From positions 520,150 to 584,149 of the forward strand of contig NMRA01000073.1 in the NCBI GenBank assembly GCA_002633005.1: 64,000 nt of DNA, in the 5' to 3' direction. The DNA is from Phoronis australis. Its lineage: Eukaryota; Animalia; Phoronida. Shown one piece after another: positions 1-12,595 of the stretch. A program made the position numbers and the translations under genes. Numbering within the stretch: the stretch's first letter is position 1; the number at the start of each line of letters is the position of its first letter. Under the pieces are notes generated by a model. It saw nothing but the letters and a program-made list of their open reading frames with translations, did no database searches and was not told where the DNA came from.

Positions 1-243
1 AATAGTTAATCTACTTACAGATACAGTTGCAAAATCTTGTTACAGTAAAACATGCACAAGTCAGACAAGAATATGACAGATCTCCGCTTCTTAATTTGGA
101 CAAAGTTTCTCAGTATGGTTGCTCTAGCTCATGTCCTTGACTTTCCAAATAAGTCGAATTTCACCTTAGTGGAATAAAATCTCTCAAATCTGGTTAGATC
201 TGACTTATGTAAGTTTGACTGTATTTATTGAAAAGTTACTAAC

Positions 244-296
244 CATAACTAGCCACATCCTTCCTCAATGACTCTTCTTCATCTTGCAGACATTCT
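244..296 (-). CDS. CCDC167: CCDC167 coding exon 3 (ECLQDEEESLRKDVASY); terminal exon lies beyond position 1
   Basis: tttcag| acceptor and |gttagt donor; 53 nt, phase 2-1, in frame with exon 2. Aligns to human RSLEKEKNSLMNKASNY. Confidence 0.85.
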
Positions 297-1244
297 CTGA
301 AATATGGGATATGAAATAACTGGGATGAAACATACTCCACAACAACTGCATGCATCTCTACCAAAATGGCAAAACACACAGTAAAAAAATACCAGAGCAA
401 GACGTAACTGGCATTGAAAATAATTGAATTTATAAGATGCTCACTGCAAAACTTGAAACGAGACAATAGTATTTGAACAAACCTAAGGTTAAATTTTCTG
501 TCTTCCCTATTGGTAGCAGCCCTTCATTAACACAAACGTCGTTGAAGACACGACTCTACTTTTTGGTTAACAGCTTAATAGAGATGTAGAGTCTAAACAA
601 TTTCAATTCTTCAGATGTGCAGCTATGTAGCAAAACAAGAGACACTTGAGATTTCAACAATGCAATCATCAAATGCTGACTAGAGAAACTAGACATGAGA
701 CAACTCCTACGTTAACATTAAGCCAGACTGTGACTAACCTGTCCTAATCGATTCACTAATTAATGATCGTGGCTTAGCAGCAATGCTTAAGAAAACAAAG
801 TTGCTAATTTCTCTTACAATGCATCCATTTTAAAAATTCAAAGACGGCTACAATTTAGTTTTTAATGTTAAAAACAGTCATGTTGGTCATTTGCTTTTAC
901 TTATTGCTTGTTTTTTTACTTTAAAACTCCTACACTAAATAGGCTTGTTTGTTTACCACTGCATGTAATTACTTCACTGATTCAGCACATTCAGCCAAGC
1001 CCAATGAATAGTGAGCATCTCACTTCAATCTATGACGGCACCATGAAGCCTTTGATATGCCGAGGATTTCGCTGGATACTTTGGGATAAACAGTGCACAT
1101 ATTTTCTCGTCCACTTGCATGCAAATCACGTTAGTGTCAGTTCTGTACAAACTTCTTATTTAATTCTAGTATACTCAGCTTGGCATGAATGTACAACAAA
1201 ATATATGTGACATCCAATAGAAAAAAATGTACAGATTACTATAC

Positions 1245-1339
1245 CTTTGTTCACTTGTTAAAAGATCCTTTCTCAGTGAGAAATGGATCTTTTCTATCCT
1301 CTTTTCACATTTTGTAATCTTGCTTTCAGCAGCTTCAAT
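1245..1339 (-). CDS. CCDC167: CCDC167 coding exon 2 (IEAAESKITKCEKRIEKIHFSLRKDLLTSEQR)
   Basis: ttttag| acceptor and |gtat donor; 95 nt, phase 0-2, open. Aligns by eye to human [32 protein letters not shown]. Confidence 0.85.
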
Positions 1340-2104
1340 CTAAAACCAAAAATAACAACATAATTAGCTCAAGAGCCGACGTCTGGACACTATAGTACGC
1401 GTGTTCCGTCTACAAGATGTGGTCTTGATCATGCTCACTCAACAAGTTTAGTGCCAGGCCACTCAGGTAGACAGTAAAGCAACCCAAATCTCAAATATTA
1501 TTATTACTGGGACCTTCACCTCTGCCAGAGCTGATGCTGTTACTGTGTGATCAGCAATGCATGTGCCCCGTTTTTTGTTCCCCAGTCACAATTCCACGAA
1601 TGACGACACTCCTTGCTGAATACGGTGTAATCATTCCACAAACTAGCAGTAAACTAAACCAGGTCGAATTCTCCACAGCAAAGCATTACTGTGAACAAAT
1701 TACCAACATCGGTGCTGACCTGCATTGAGTCCCACCGGGTGAAGTGCACCGGAGCCTCATTACCTCAGTAGACAATAAAACCTATAATGAAGTGATTCTA
1801 ATCAAAACGATAATTTTCTATCCCTTGAGGGTAGTTTTTGGTCATGGAGAGGGTGGACTTCGTGAGAACTTAATTGTGTTTCAAAGGGGGATGAGGTGGA
1901 CGTTCGGCCAGTCCACCGACTCCGGGTCATAAATTAGAATATCGCGGACAGTGCAAGTTTTTGGCTTTGTGCTGAATTCGTAAAACTATGACTTGAAATA
2001 TTCATTGAGGATAGCTTATAGCAGACGTATAGTGACAGCAAAAATTATATTTACAACAGGTGAACAGCAGAAAATTGCATAATATACGGGAAGAAAATTA
2101 GCAC

Positions 2105-2122
2105 CTGCTTCACGATACTCAT
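2105..2122 (-). CDS. CCDC167: CCDC167 coding exon 1 (MSIVKQ)
   Basis: ATGAGTATCGTGAAGCAG|gtgc donor, phase 0. Splices in frame to exon 2 to give MSIVKQIEAAESKITKC..., resembling the CCDC167 N-terminus. Confidence 0.75.
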
Positions 2123-4239
2123 TTGCCCATAGATAGTCTATGAATGATTTGCCTACGTGGAAAGACCAACAACGCTATCTTGTGGATGAAAACAATTACC
2201 CTGTTGTGCGTGAACTTGGGATCGTCAAGTGCTCTTGAGATTAAGCAAGCGTTAGCGACATCTAGTGTGCAACTGTTAAGTAAAATTTCGAATGGTCGGT
2301 GGACACGAATTTGTTTGTCATGAGTTATTGTTTCTGTTTTAATTATTTTTATTGCCCATTACGTATGTTATTCTGGTCTTGGTAATTGTTTCCAAAGGTG
2401 GCTTGACTGGGATGTTTGGGTGGGTGACTGGCATCCTGGGATCTTTGCAACGAAAAGGATTAAGAGCTAGGTCGATACAATGAATAACTAGCGAGTACCT
2501 ACAGTAGGCCTACCGAGAGGGGTTTCGCATTGAACAGTTTGTACCTGTCACATCATCCCCCATGTATACGCCAGTGCTTAGAGCTCGCAATTTGCGCGTA
2601 ATTGGTGGAAGTGTTTTCATTTTATATCTCACTTATGACAGTCGTCAATCGTACGGTTGGCAGCATGGCCTTAAGTTGACGGGCGATCTGTAAATCAGGC
2701 CTTTCTTATCTGATTAGGGAGAAATTCAGATCACTTGCTGAGTAAAGGTGTTATTTTTGGCAAATAAAGTGGAAATACTAATTTCATTTTAAACGTGCAA
2801 TTTCATGAATATTAGTTTTTATTGGTATGCTGTGTGATGTCATCAGGTCTAAATATTGATGACAATCAGACAATAGTTAGGCTACAGAGCACAACTCTCT
2901 GAGATTCTGTTGACAGGTTTTGAATGTTCTCATATAGATGATTAGACTTTTCTGGCCTACGATATTTTTACCTTTCTCTGCTCAGTACAGATCCACATTT
3001 ACGCCAATGTATGTAAAGACTTTATGATATACAGACAAATGTGACCCAGTGAAATAATACTGTCGGTACCACTTGCTTTGGCACAATATCTTACAAACCA
3101 CTGCCCAGCATTCGCTGTTTGAATAGCAACCATGTTAGACTGGAACAGAAACAAATATTTTATTAGCTTTGTCAAATTACGACATTGTGTAGTTTAGTTT
3201 GAAAAATATCGTATGCTAGATTTGTAAGTTTACACAGTATGTTTTATGTTGTATTGTAATTAGGTGGTATGTTGGAAAATAAAAACTTAGATCTGTCCAT
3301 GCAGACATTGTTCAAGCAAAGTCACATTCTTATTTTTGAATATCTTTAAAAACTATCCACCATTTTCGTTGTAACATACATCATCTCCGAAGACTCCGGT
3401 CCACCTGCACTAACATGGTGAGCATGTTTTCTGTGACCACCTGAGCTTTAAGTTCCAAAAAGAACGGGCCCAGCTCGAGGATTTCATTTTTGTCTATGAA
3501 ACTGTCTTATTAAAGGTATTAAAATTTTTATAAAATTGAAAATGTGAAACCCAATACTGTTTTAAGTAATGGTTAAATTTGGAATTACGTAGAAGACGAT
3601 TGCTAATGTGTTAGAGTAGTCTCAAGAACAGGAATTGTGTTTTACAATTTATTGTAATCTGCGAGAGAAAGCTTGCTTCAACACTTATTTTTTGTAAAAT
3701 GAAAAGACATTGACTCCAAGTTTGCTATATTAAAGGGAAAAGTATTTTGTTCGGAATTAATTTAGCATACAACTTTGCCAGTACCAAGGCAAGGGCAACG
3801 GATGGTATCCTATGTCCGCCCTCTTAGACGACACCTTTTTCGCAGAGTTTGAACAACTAGGTGGCATACAAAAAGGCATGGAGAACTTTTTACTAGACTG
3901 GCAAACAGTAAATAATAAGAATCGGTGATACAATGGTAAAACGTGATGTAAACTCTATCCACTCGATGCCGCAATATGGAGCAGAAATATGTGATAAGCA
4001 GTCGATGCCCTGTCAACCACTGACATATCAGCCAATCAGAGACTGCTGTCAGCATTAGTGTTTTTACAATAACATGTGAATCAGCTTTTGTTTGGAGCGC
4101 AACTCTGGCTAATATGAGTTTTATCTGTACATTAGAACCGGTTTATTGAGGCATTATTTTTACTACAGTCATCTTTTAAAACTTGGCATTGGGTAAAAAT
4201 TAATCGCCGATAATTTACAGGGACGGAACAATTGTTCAT

Positions 4240-4740
4240 AACGTCTTGTAATTTTTCAAAGAATGCTTACTTCACAACATAGGGTTTGTAAAGCGAAAAT
4301 AGAATGCCCTGCTTAAACGTGGAATTCGGAGGAAAATAATTGTTAACGTGTTCAATAAAGTCTCAAGATAGGAAAAAAAGTTGTGCTTACAAGATATTGT
4401 AACCAGCCAGAGAATGTTTGATTCACCATGTGACTTTGTAAAGCTAATATTCCATCATTCCAAGTTTAAGCAAGGGAGTGGCTTGCTTAAACTTGGAATT
4501 GGGTAGAAAACAATTGCGAATACATTCAGAGGTGTTCCAAACGTAATAGAAAATGCCTTTATGATATACTGTAACCGGTCAGAGAATAGTTGCTGCACCA
4601 CACGATTTTTTGTAAAGAAGAAATTGAATTATTCCAAGTTTAAGCAATGGTGTGGCTTGCTTAAACTTAGAATTGGGTGCAAAAATATGAAATGCATTCA
4701 GGAGGTGTTTCAAAAGCAATAGAAAATGCATTTGCCCTGG
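4240..4740. repeat. 2-3 tandem ~170-bp units, each with an internal hairpin
   Basis: Units begin gtaaccagccagagaat / gtaaccggtcagagaat and contain ttccaagtttaagcaag-N7-cttgcttaaacttggaa. A third, degenerate copy lies upstream. Confidence 0.7.
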
Positions 4741-4754
4741 ATGTCGCGGGCATA

Positions 4755-6358
4755 CAGGGGCGATAGTACGTCCCCACAAAAAGTTAATCATTTCAAAATA
4801 CAGGAAATAAAATCAAATGAAACATGCATATGTGCACATGGAGTTATAAAACAACTCATAACATAAGTCTGAAAACGATTCAGTCAAGATAATTTGAACG
4901 ATGAAAATCTGTCGCGGTTTGCTCGAGTTTCTCTTACCGGGTGCCATTTTGAAGAAGTTAAGTGAAATCACGAAATGACGAATATAAACTCCAAGGGACA
5001 CAAATCTTACAAATTTCACCTGATACCGTCTCATGATATTTTGCAAGTGTCACGCGCTTCGCCCAGTCTCACGCTAGCATGTGCTTAACTCACGTGACTC
5101 AGTTGACTCATACTTTGTGGTTATCGCGCGCGCGGTGAAAAAGTTAACGGCAACCAAAAAAGTGGAGTTCGAATTCTTTGCCAAAGTCAGCTTAAAATTC
5201 TCACAGTACTAAGCTTCATCGAAGATATGTATAAAAGTAGAAAGGACCAATGATGAAAGTAAGCGCTTTTTTAAATGATAGTTTTGAGTGTGGAATGTAT
5301 TTTTGACGAGGTGAAGACTCAAAATCGCCGGGTGACCGGATTTGGGTAACCGCACGTTTAAAATACATGTAACGAAATGCGTACAGAAAGCGAATGGAAG
5401 TATTGTAGCCCCTAAATGGCCAACCGAGGGGCTACGTGTTGCCTACTCGTCTGAGAGCTCGAAAGCCACATTTCTTGTAGGCCTAACACAGCTAATCAAA
5501 GCAGAAATATCTCTGGGCTTCCCTTAGTGATCGAAGTTTTGTTTATTGATTTACCACTGAATGGAGCAGCAGATATTTCCGAGGGGTTTTCCCGGCCGAG
5601 GCCGGGCTTTTTAGTCACAGGAAGCAGTGGTTACCCGCGCACTGACTCCCCATGCAGAGTCGAGGCAACACGTAGCCCCTCGGTTGGCCGGTTATACATA
5701 TGTAGTCCTACAATACTTCCTTTCGCTCTCTGTACGAATTTCGTCCGTGTATTTTAAACGGGCGGTAGGCCAAATCCGGCCACCGATTAGGAGTTTTCAC
5801 CTCGTCAAAAAAACATTCCACACTTAAAACTATCACTCAAAAAAGCGCTTACTTTCTTCAGTGGTCCCTTCTACTTCTATCTTCGATGAAGCTTAGTTAC
5901 GAGAATTCATGTGACTTTAGCGAAGAATTCCAACTACACTTTTTGGCCGTTACCGTTAATTTTTACACTACCCGCGCGATAACCACAAAGTATTTTAACT
6001 GCGTCACGTGAGTTAGGCAAAGGCTAGAGCGTGAGACTGAGCGAAGCGCATGACGCTGGCGCGTGACACTTGCAAAATAGCATGAAGGAAAGGTATCAGA
6101 TGAAATTTGTAAGATGTGTGTCCCGGCTTGGACTTTTTATTCGTCAACATCCGTGATTTTACGTAACTTATGGCACTTGGTAAGAGAAACTCGAGCAAAC
6201 CACGACAGATTTTCATAGATTTGTTCAAATTATCTTGACTGAATCGCCTCCAGACTTATGGTGTGGTTAGATATAGCTATATATGCATGTTTAATTTGAT
6301 TTTATTTTCTGTATTTTGAAATTCGTAACTTTTTGTGGGGATTGTACTATCGTCCTTG
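4755..6358. mobile_element. Non-autonomous fold-back DNA transposon (Tc1/mariner-type MITE) with ~700-bp inverted arms
   Basis: TA|CAGGGGCGATAGTACGTCCCCACAAAAAGTT at the left end and AACTTTTTGTGGGGATTGTACTATCGTCCTTG|TA at the right. Arms are alignable to ~5450/5660; TA target duplication. Confidence 0.85.
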
Positions 6359-8869
6359 TATGATACATTATTGTAATTGCTCGAGCGACATAGCCCTATT
6401 TTCCCGTTCCACTAAAAACGCACTACGTGATTTTTTTGTGGAACCCGAAATTTCCCATTCGTTTGACAAAAAACGCGATTTTTGGCAGCGAACATTTCAC
6501 CCTTGCGTTTTGGCAAAGACCCGGAAGCTCCGCTTTTTATCCGGATGTCCCGCTTTACACTGAATCCAGTTGCCCCGTTTTCTCTATCCAACAGGTGTTC
6601 AGTAAGGGTAATCTGAAAACCTAAGGTACGGAATTGGCCATTTCTCATGCTACTAAAAGTGGAAAGTCATGCATAAATTGAGGCATAACTCTTTTACTGT
6701 AACGTATTTCGAAACCAAAGTAGCCTGAAGGTCTAACATTTGCAAGGTCATTGGGTGTAATGTTAGGTGACAAAAGTTTTGAAAGTACACTTTTGTCTTG
6801 TCACCATGGTCCATTAACAGTTTCATGTTGACTTGCAGGTCGCTGATCAAATTGCACGAATGGGAATTTTCCTACGATAATGGTTTGCGAGTCCGAGTCC
6901 ACGGTACGCACGAATACACTGTCTGGGACGTCGTCGCCCGATTTGTTTCACTGCTGTTCCACGTTCATAGAGTTGCTCAGCAAATTTCGGAAATTTACAG
7001 AGCAGAACTGGCCTGAACACACTCCCCTCCTCGCTGGTGAAAATCATGGCAGAAGAGAATAATGGGTGTAAGTGCCGACGCACTCTTGTGTTTGTAGTCT
7101 GACTATATTCGCCATCTGTTGGTGGTTTATGTGTTTGCTCTTCAGCTTCTACCGCGTATATTTTCCACGTGACTAATTCTTCAATAGAATTTTGCATATG
7201 TATAACTGCTCGGCACACCATGGTTTATAGCTGTAACGCGCGCCAGCTTAGCTCATTCGTGCTTCAACGTTCTTACATGTATCTTGAGTTTCAGTTTAGT
7301 CGTGATCTATGCCGCAAATTGGTGTAAGTATTTTGTACTTAGTTTTGTTACAGTACATAGTCAGTACTTCAACGTAATTGTAACGCGTACTCTGTAACTT
7401 TAATTAGCGTTGCCTCTAGTAGTTTGACGTTGTCCGAATAAGAATATATGCAATGTTTAACGTTAGTATTGTAACTTAGTAAACGACCAACGTATTGTTC
7501 AATTGTCTCATAGAACGTTTTTTGTATGTTACAGTTGAACCGAGTAACTATAAGAAAGAAACGAATAAAGTTTGTCAACGCAACTTATGCTCGAGTTCTC
7601 CATGTGGCTTTAACGATTTTCGCGACCACAATGGGTGTCTTGGGCGAAAAATGTTCTTTTAATCATGTTACAGGGGCCGCTAGAGAGGCTAAAATACGTT
7701 GCCCCTTAATTGGTACCGAGGGAGTGGAGCTATTAAATTGCTGGGTTGCGCGAGTTTGAGACAACGGCAATTACATTGGAGGCTTGTAAATAGACTTCAA
7801 AAGCACTGTACCATTGCTCGCATTGTCACCAGGTCTAACCGACTGGGTGGGTTAAAGTTATCTCAAACCTTACTTAGTGGCCTCTATTTTAGCTTGTATA
7901 TAAAAAAACTAGGCTTTATCAATTAGTACATGTAAATATTTTCTTAAAAAAGATCAGGTAATATAAAATGTGTTTTATACTTGTGTACCATTATTACTAT
8001 CATTATTATATTCACATCTTTTAAATCAAATATTCATTTTTAAGAAATGTACATTCATAGCAAAATAACCCTTCCGTCGATTTTGACGTTTTTTTCAAAT
8101 GAAAACTTCCCCAGTTACCTCAAAAACGCTGTTAAGAACTTTTTATTAGTCTTTTCGTTTGGTTTCTAGGACAAAACAATTCGCAAAAAGTAAGGTGTTT
8201 TTTTTTGTAAAAAAAAAATAGCAGTCGTATTCGTCTTTGTTACATTACGCAAAAACTGGGTTTATATAGCGAAAATCCTGAATAAACATTAAGTTTTGAA
8301 AGTTTCGGCGAAATCTACCCAGCAGTTTCCGAGAACTCGTGTTCTATAGTTCGAATTAAGTCGATTTACCGAAGCCGAGAAAATCCGATTAAGTTGTGAG
8401 ACATGAAAGTCTCAAGGTCTTCGGTGAGAACTAGTTTTCGGTCAATATAACCTATGCATGCCTAATCATGTTCACTGTTTCAACATTCGCGCGCAATGTC
8501 AACTGAATTTGCAGTGCGTAATTAACTTAATTACCACAAAAACTTTCAATCAGCCACGTCGATTTCCAATGTGTGAGTCCAACTACGTCATGCAGGCGGA
8601 GCTAAGTAAACATATTAAGTTGGTCAAGCTGGTGCATTGTGGTCCACTTTAAAGTAGGTCAACAGTTCATTGTTATGCACACCACCCCGTAAATGCAACC
8701 ATGGGCCTCATCGGCGGACACATGGTCGTACAAGATGCTGCTTGGCTGCTAGTACAAGAATTCTATTAGAGACCAAATGTCACCATCGCTTTCAATATGG
8801 AAGCTCGGCAATGGTCCCCTGTAGTAGCCAAAGCATTGTGCCGTCAGCTATAATGTGACCTTGGCAGTA

Positions 8870-9450
8870 TGAATGCAATCACGATAGTAGCAACAGATGG
8901 ATCCTTCGATGTTGCAACTAACCGTGCGTGATGGGGCTATCAAATACTTTGCGCTGACAATTGCGGAAGGCAGCTGCTGCCACCACGTGTACACAAGTAG
9001 TAGACGGATGGAGTTTTAAGTTATGCAACGCGCCCTAACCGTTGAAGCTACCACACCTAGGCCTGGAGAAGGCATAATCTTTGCCATCGATGACTCAATA
9101 AAAGTTCGACCTGGAAATCTCCCAGCCAATTGGGTGTCTTCCGATCACGCCACCCTCATCATACAGTGATCTGGTCTTTCGTACCTGGCCACGCCGGTGT
9201 CTTGGTAAGTGAGCGTGCAGATTACCTCGCTAGCTCGTGCACCACCAATGAACCCCTCTACTCGGCTGATGTTAAGCTACTGGCTCACCGACGCACCTTC
9301 GAGCAGACTTCGTCCCAACTGGCTGAGTTCAACTATGGTAGCCGACTGCTCGAAGCAGGTATTACTTATGGCCATGCTGCTAAAAGTCATAACAAGAGCC
9401 GTGCCCGAGTGTTGTTCAATCAGATGCCGACTCTGAGGCAACGTTAGCCC
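8870..9450 (+). pseudogene. Decayed RNase H domain of a non-LTR retrotransposon (I/Ingi-like)
   Basis: Motifs IVATDGSF, TSSRRMEFxVMQRAL and WSFVPGHAGVLVSERADYLAS occur in RNase H order, with stops and frameshifts. Confidence 0.7.
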
Positions 9451-11062
9451 TGGAGTTCTGCACCTTTTGCTATTACGGGGATGGTCTGGGGAGGGAATCA
9501 ATGCACCAGCATATGCCCAATGATCCTGTCCGCGACAGGTATTACACACCACGCAACGGGACACTGATATGAAACCCAAGTATGAAATGAACAACAGAAA
9601 TCGAGTCAGTTGAAGTGCATCGTGAGCATGAGATCAAAACAGAGAAGTATCAAATTACCTATCAAATTAAGGAATTTGAGTGAGGATTTATCTCTTTTCC
9701 CAACTTGCTGTGTTCGTGAACACAAAGTCACAGAGGCGTGAGGTGACTCGTAACATTCTCTCTCAATTTGGTCGTATGCACTCAAAGACACAACTCCCTC
9801 AAGTACTTTATTTCCATTTCTGTTGTGAAAGGATTCGATTACATCAAAAAATTTCAGTTGATCCACTATTGTTGTTTCACTTTCGTACTATTCTACGTTT
9901 CCTCAAACTACAGTATCCTTTAAACGATCTGGATTACCTTATTTAGTTTCAGATTTAATTTCTATCTAATTTATTTATCACAAAACTCTTACCTGAAAGT
10001 TTCGGATAGGTAGTTGGAGTAATTAGTTAACTGAGTCATATTTTTGTAAAAGTCACTGCATCCTGAAGTGTTACTGAAGAATGTAATTGTATATAACGAC
10101 ACAAAAGGTCCAGTTAATATATGAAGATATATAATTTTGGATGAATGCTTGACTTCATTCTTCACAACATCGGTGGAAGATTCATATTCTAAAATGTTTG
10201 TTGCTATCCGACAGCAATATTTTGAATCAATGAAACTATTTTCCTACTCGTTTAATTAATCATTTATATAACCTCTCTGATTCAATTCCTTTTTATGTCA
10301 CTATTACATCCAAATTAGTTAATAATTAGTTGAACAATTAATCTGCCAAATTGTACATGAATGGTTTCATTACTACACTCTATTATTTTTCACATTTTAG
10401 TTACACTCTTGTTTCTTAGAATCCGAAAATATTTCTTAAACATGTCAGATATGCAGATTGATAACTGTTTATGGAGTAATTACTGATCTTTTGGTGTTAG
10501 CACACTCGCAAACCATCAAAAGTTAACGACGACTTTCAAATTATATGACTCTTATGCAACTTGGTTGAAAAAAACGGCGGAGTTGCAAAAAGTTTTAGTG
10601 AAAGTAGAGACGGCGACATTTTTCGTATTGCCCTAGTTATTATGATTAAATTTTGTCCAAGGTACACCATTTTGGTATCGCATTAGAGACCACGTGGTGC
10701 TTGATCATGTTGATAAATTTTAGGGAAATTTCAAGCCTTCGGAACTATTGTAACACGTCTGGCTTTATTTTACGCGGTAACACCCACGGCCGGCTTCCAG
10801 AGTCGTAAGGAGATGATCCCGAGTTTGATAACGTTTAAGACCATTAGATCGCAAAATATTCCAAAATATCTGGTCGATTTGGAAGAAGTTTCCAAAGAAG
10901 GCAGTTTTAAACTTACATTAATTTGTACTAAACAGACATCCACGCTGAGTCCTATGATAGCAAGAATCAACAATGAACACAACCTAGTCCCACGCATGCG
11001 CGGAAAACCGCATGAGATCGAAGTCGGTATTCCAGTTCAAGAGTAGCTGCAGCATAGACGTA

Positions 11063-11131
11063 CTTGCTGGTCCTCTACGTGCCTAGCCAGCTGGCTACTG
11101 ACCACCTAATGGCACGCAGGGAACCAGCGAG
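11063..11131. mobile_element. Minimal ~70-bp MITE (same TIR as 30116-30678)
   Basis: cttgctggtcctctacgtgcc...ggcacgcagggaaccagcgag inverted repeat. Confidence 0.5.
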
Positions 11132-12367
11132 CATGGACATGTTAATGCTGTGATGTTTATGATCTGCAGTTTTATGATAGGAACAACCAAAAATTTTCCA
11201 GCTATAATGTTTGTATTAATCCACTGAAGACTTCAGTCTTGTTTGCAAGAAAGTGATTTTGAAATCTATTGTATACGATGTCATTTCTCTTCCTTTAACG
11301 AGTTACATTTCCGTTGACTTAGTTATCTTCGTTGACGTTACTTTCCTTCTGTTGACGCATCAGTACTGATAAAGCCTCGTTACGAGTAACGCCAGAGACG
11401 TCAGCATGACAGAAGCCTTGCTACCAGAGTCAATAGCCGCGTTTTCCTTCATAAAGTCTAACGTTCCTAAGGACTTGGCCACTGAAAGTAGACAATGTTT
11501 TGTTGCAAAAGTTCATTGTATTTTCTTGAGGAAATTTTCATTGAGCTTCTGAAAACTTGGCCGTTGAAAGAAGAAGCGGGGAAGAACGTTCAAGTCCATC
11601 AGTTTAGGAAGTACTGTCGTTTTGAAATGCATTTCTTTGTGGGGCGGATGTCGGCTCGTAAACATCCGATGTTATGTGGGCGCGTAACCGGATTCAAAAT
11701 ATGGGTTTGGTGAGATCTGGCTTTCGCCTAATCGAATGATACGAGCCTCGAAAACAGTTTGCTTAATTAAAAGATTTGCTGATCTATGTATTTATTCGAG
11801 GCATTTTGCGGCTAATTTCTCCACGATGGTTGTTTTGTAGTACTCGCACCAAAAAAGCATGCTGCAGGGGACCGGTAGGCCGACTGCTGCGCTGAAGTGC
11901 AAGTGTTTTCCGCTATTTGACACGTTACCAAGTTGTGAGCACTCCAATTAAAGCCCAAGGCTCTAATTTTTGTACTCGAAATGGAGCTCGAAATTATTAT
12001 TGACATTTTCCGTTCTGTTTTTTGGCCAACTCAACATAAGTGTCTGTTATTCTGTGGTCGAGTGTATTATGGTCTACGCAGACGAGCTTTCATTATGAGG
12101 TCATCATATGCAAATTGAGGATAGACAGTCATCCACGTAAATTATAATGTACAAGAACACAAGACTAGTCCGAGTCCTATTTATCAGCCCTAACCCTGTC
12201 ATCAGAAAACACGAAAGTTACCTTTCATTGAAATAGCGTCAGTAAGATAACTTCTGCTGATGGAACCAACGGAAGATTCGGTGGTTATGGTGCACCTGAA
12301 ATTGGACTTGATATATGCATCGAGAATTAACATAACGTAACGAGTATGTATCTCCAACTTTCGATGA

Positions 12368-12595
12368 TCGAACGAGCCCCCCATTTTTGGCTAAGTGGGC
12401 AAAAAGTCCGCCTCAGAGAAACAAAAACTACGAAAAAAAAGTAGAAAACGAGACAAAATTCCGCTAAAAAGGCAGGAACTAAGAAAAATCGAGGAATGCA
12501 CAATTCGTAGCTCTGGACGTACCCCGTGAATCTTATTAAACGGTACACATTCTCAAAAGTTCGGGTCCCCCATTTTTAGGGTGGGTGCGCGCACG
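12368..12595 (+). mobile_element. MITE family A (CATGCGCGCACCC termini), 5'-truncated copy
   Basis: Shares cgaacgagcccc...ggcaaaaagtccgcctcagagaaacaaaaact...gggtgcgcgca with the copies at 36.9, 44.9 and 45.8 kb. Confidence 0.75.

Noticed and set aside
239-466. 75-aa standalone ORF
   Set aside because: Only its last ~18 codons are real (CCDC167 exon 3); the rest is intron.
1380-1770. SINE or tRNA-derived element in CCDC167 intron 1
   Set aside because: Only a short motif (tgcaccggagcctc) is shared with ~58727, and there are no clear A/B boxes.
6847-7221. 124-aa ORF as a gene or transposase
   Set aside because: No recognisable motif or supporting splice structure.
9600-10420. AT-rich stretch with minus-strand coding-like bias (possible viral or Polinton relic)
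   Set aside because: Multiple stops and no motif I can identify; it needs TBLASTX to assess.
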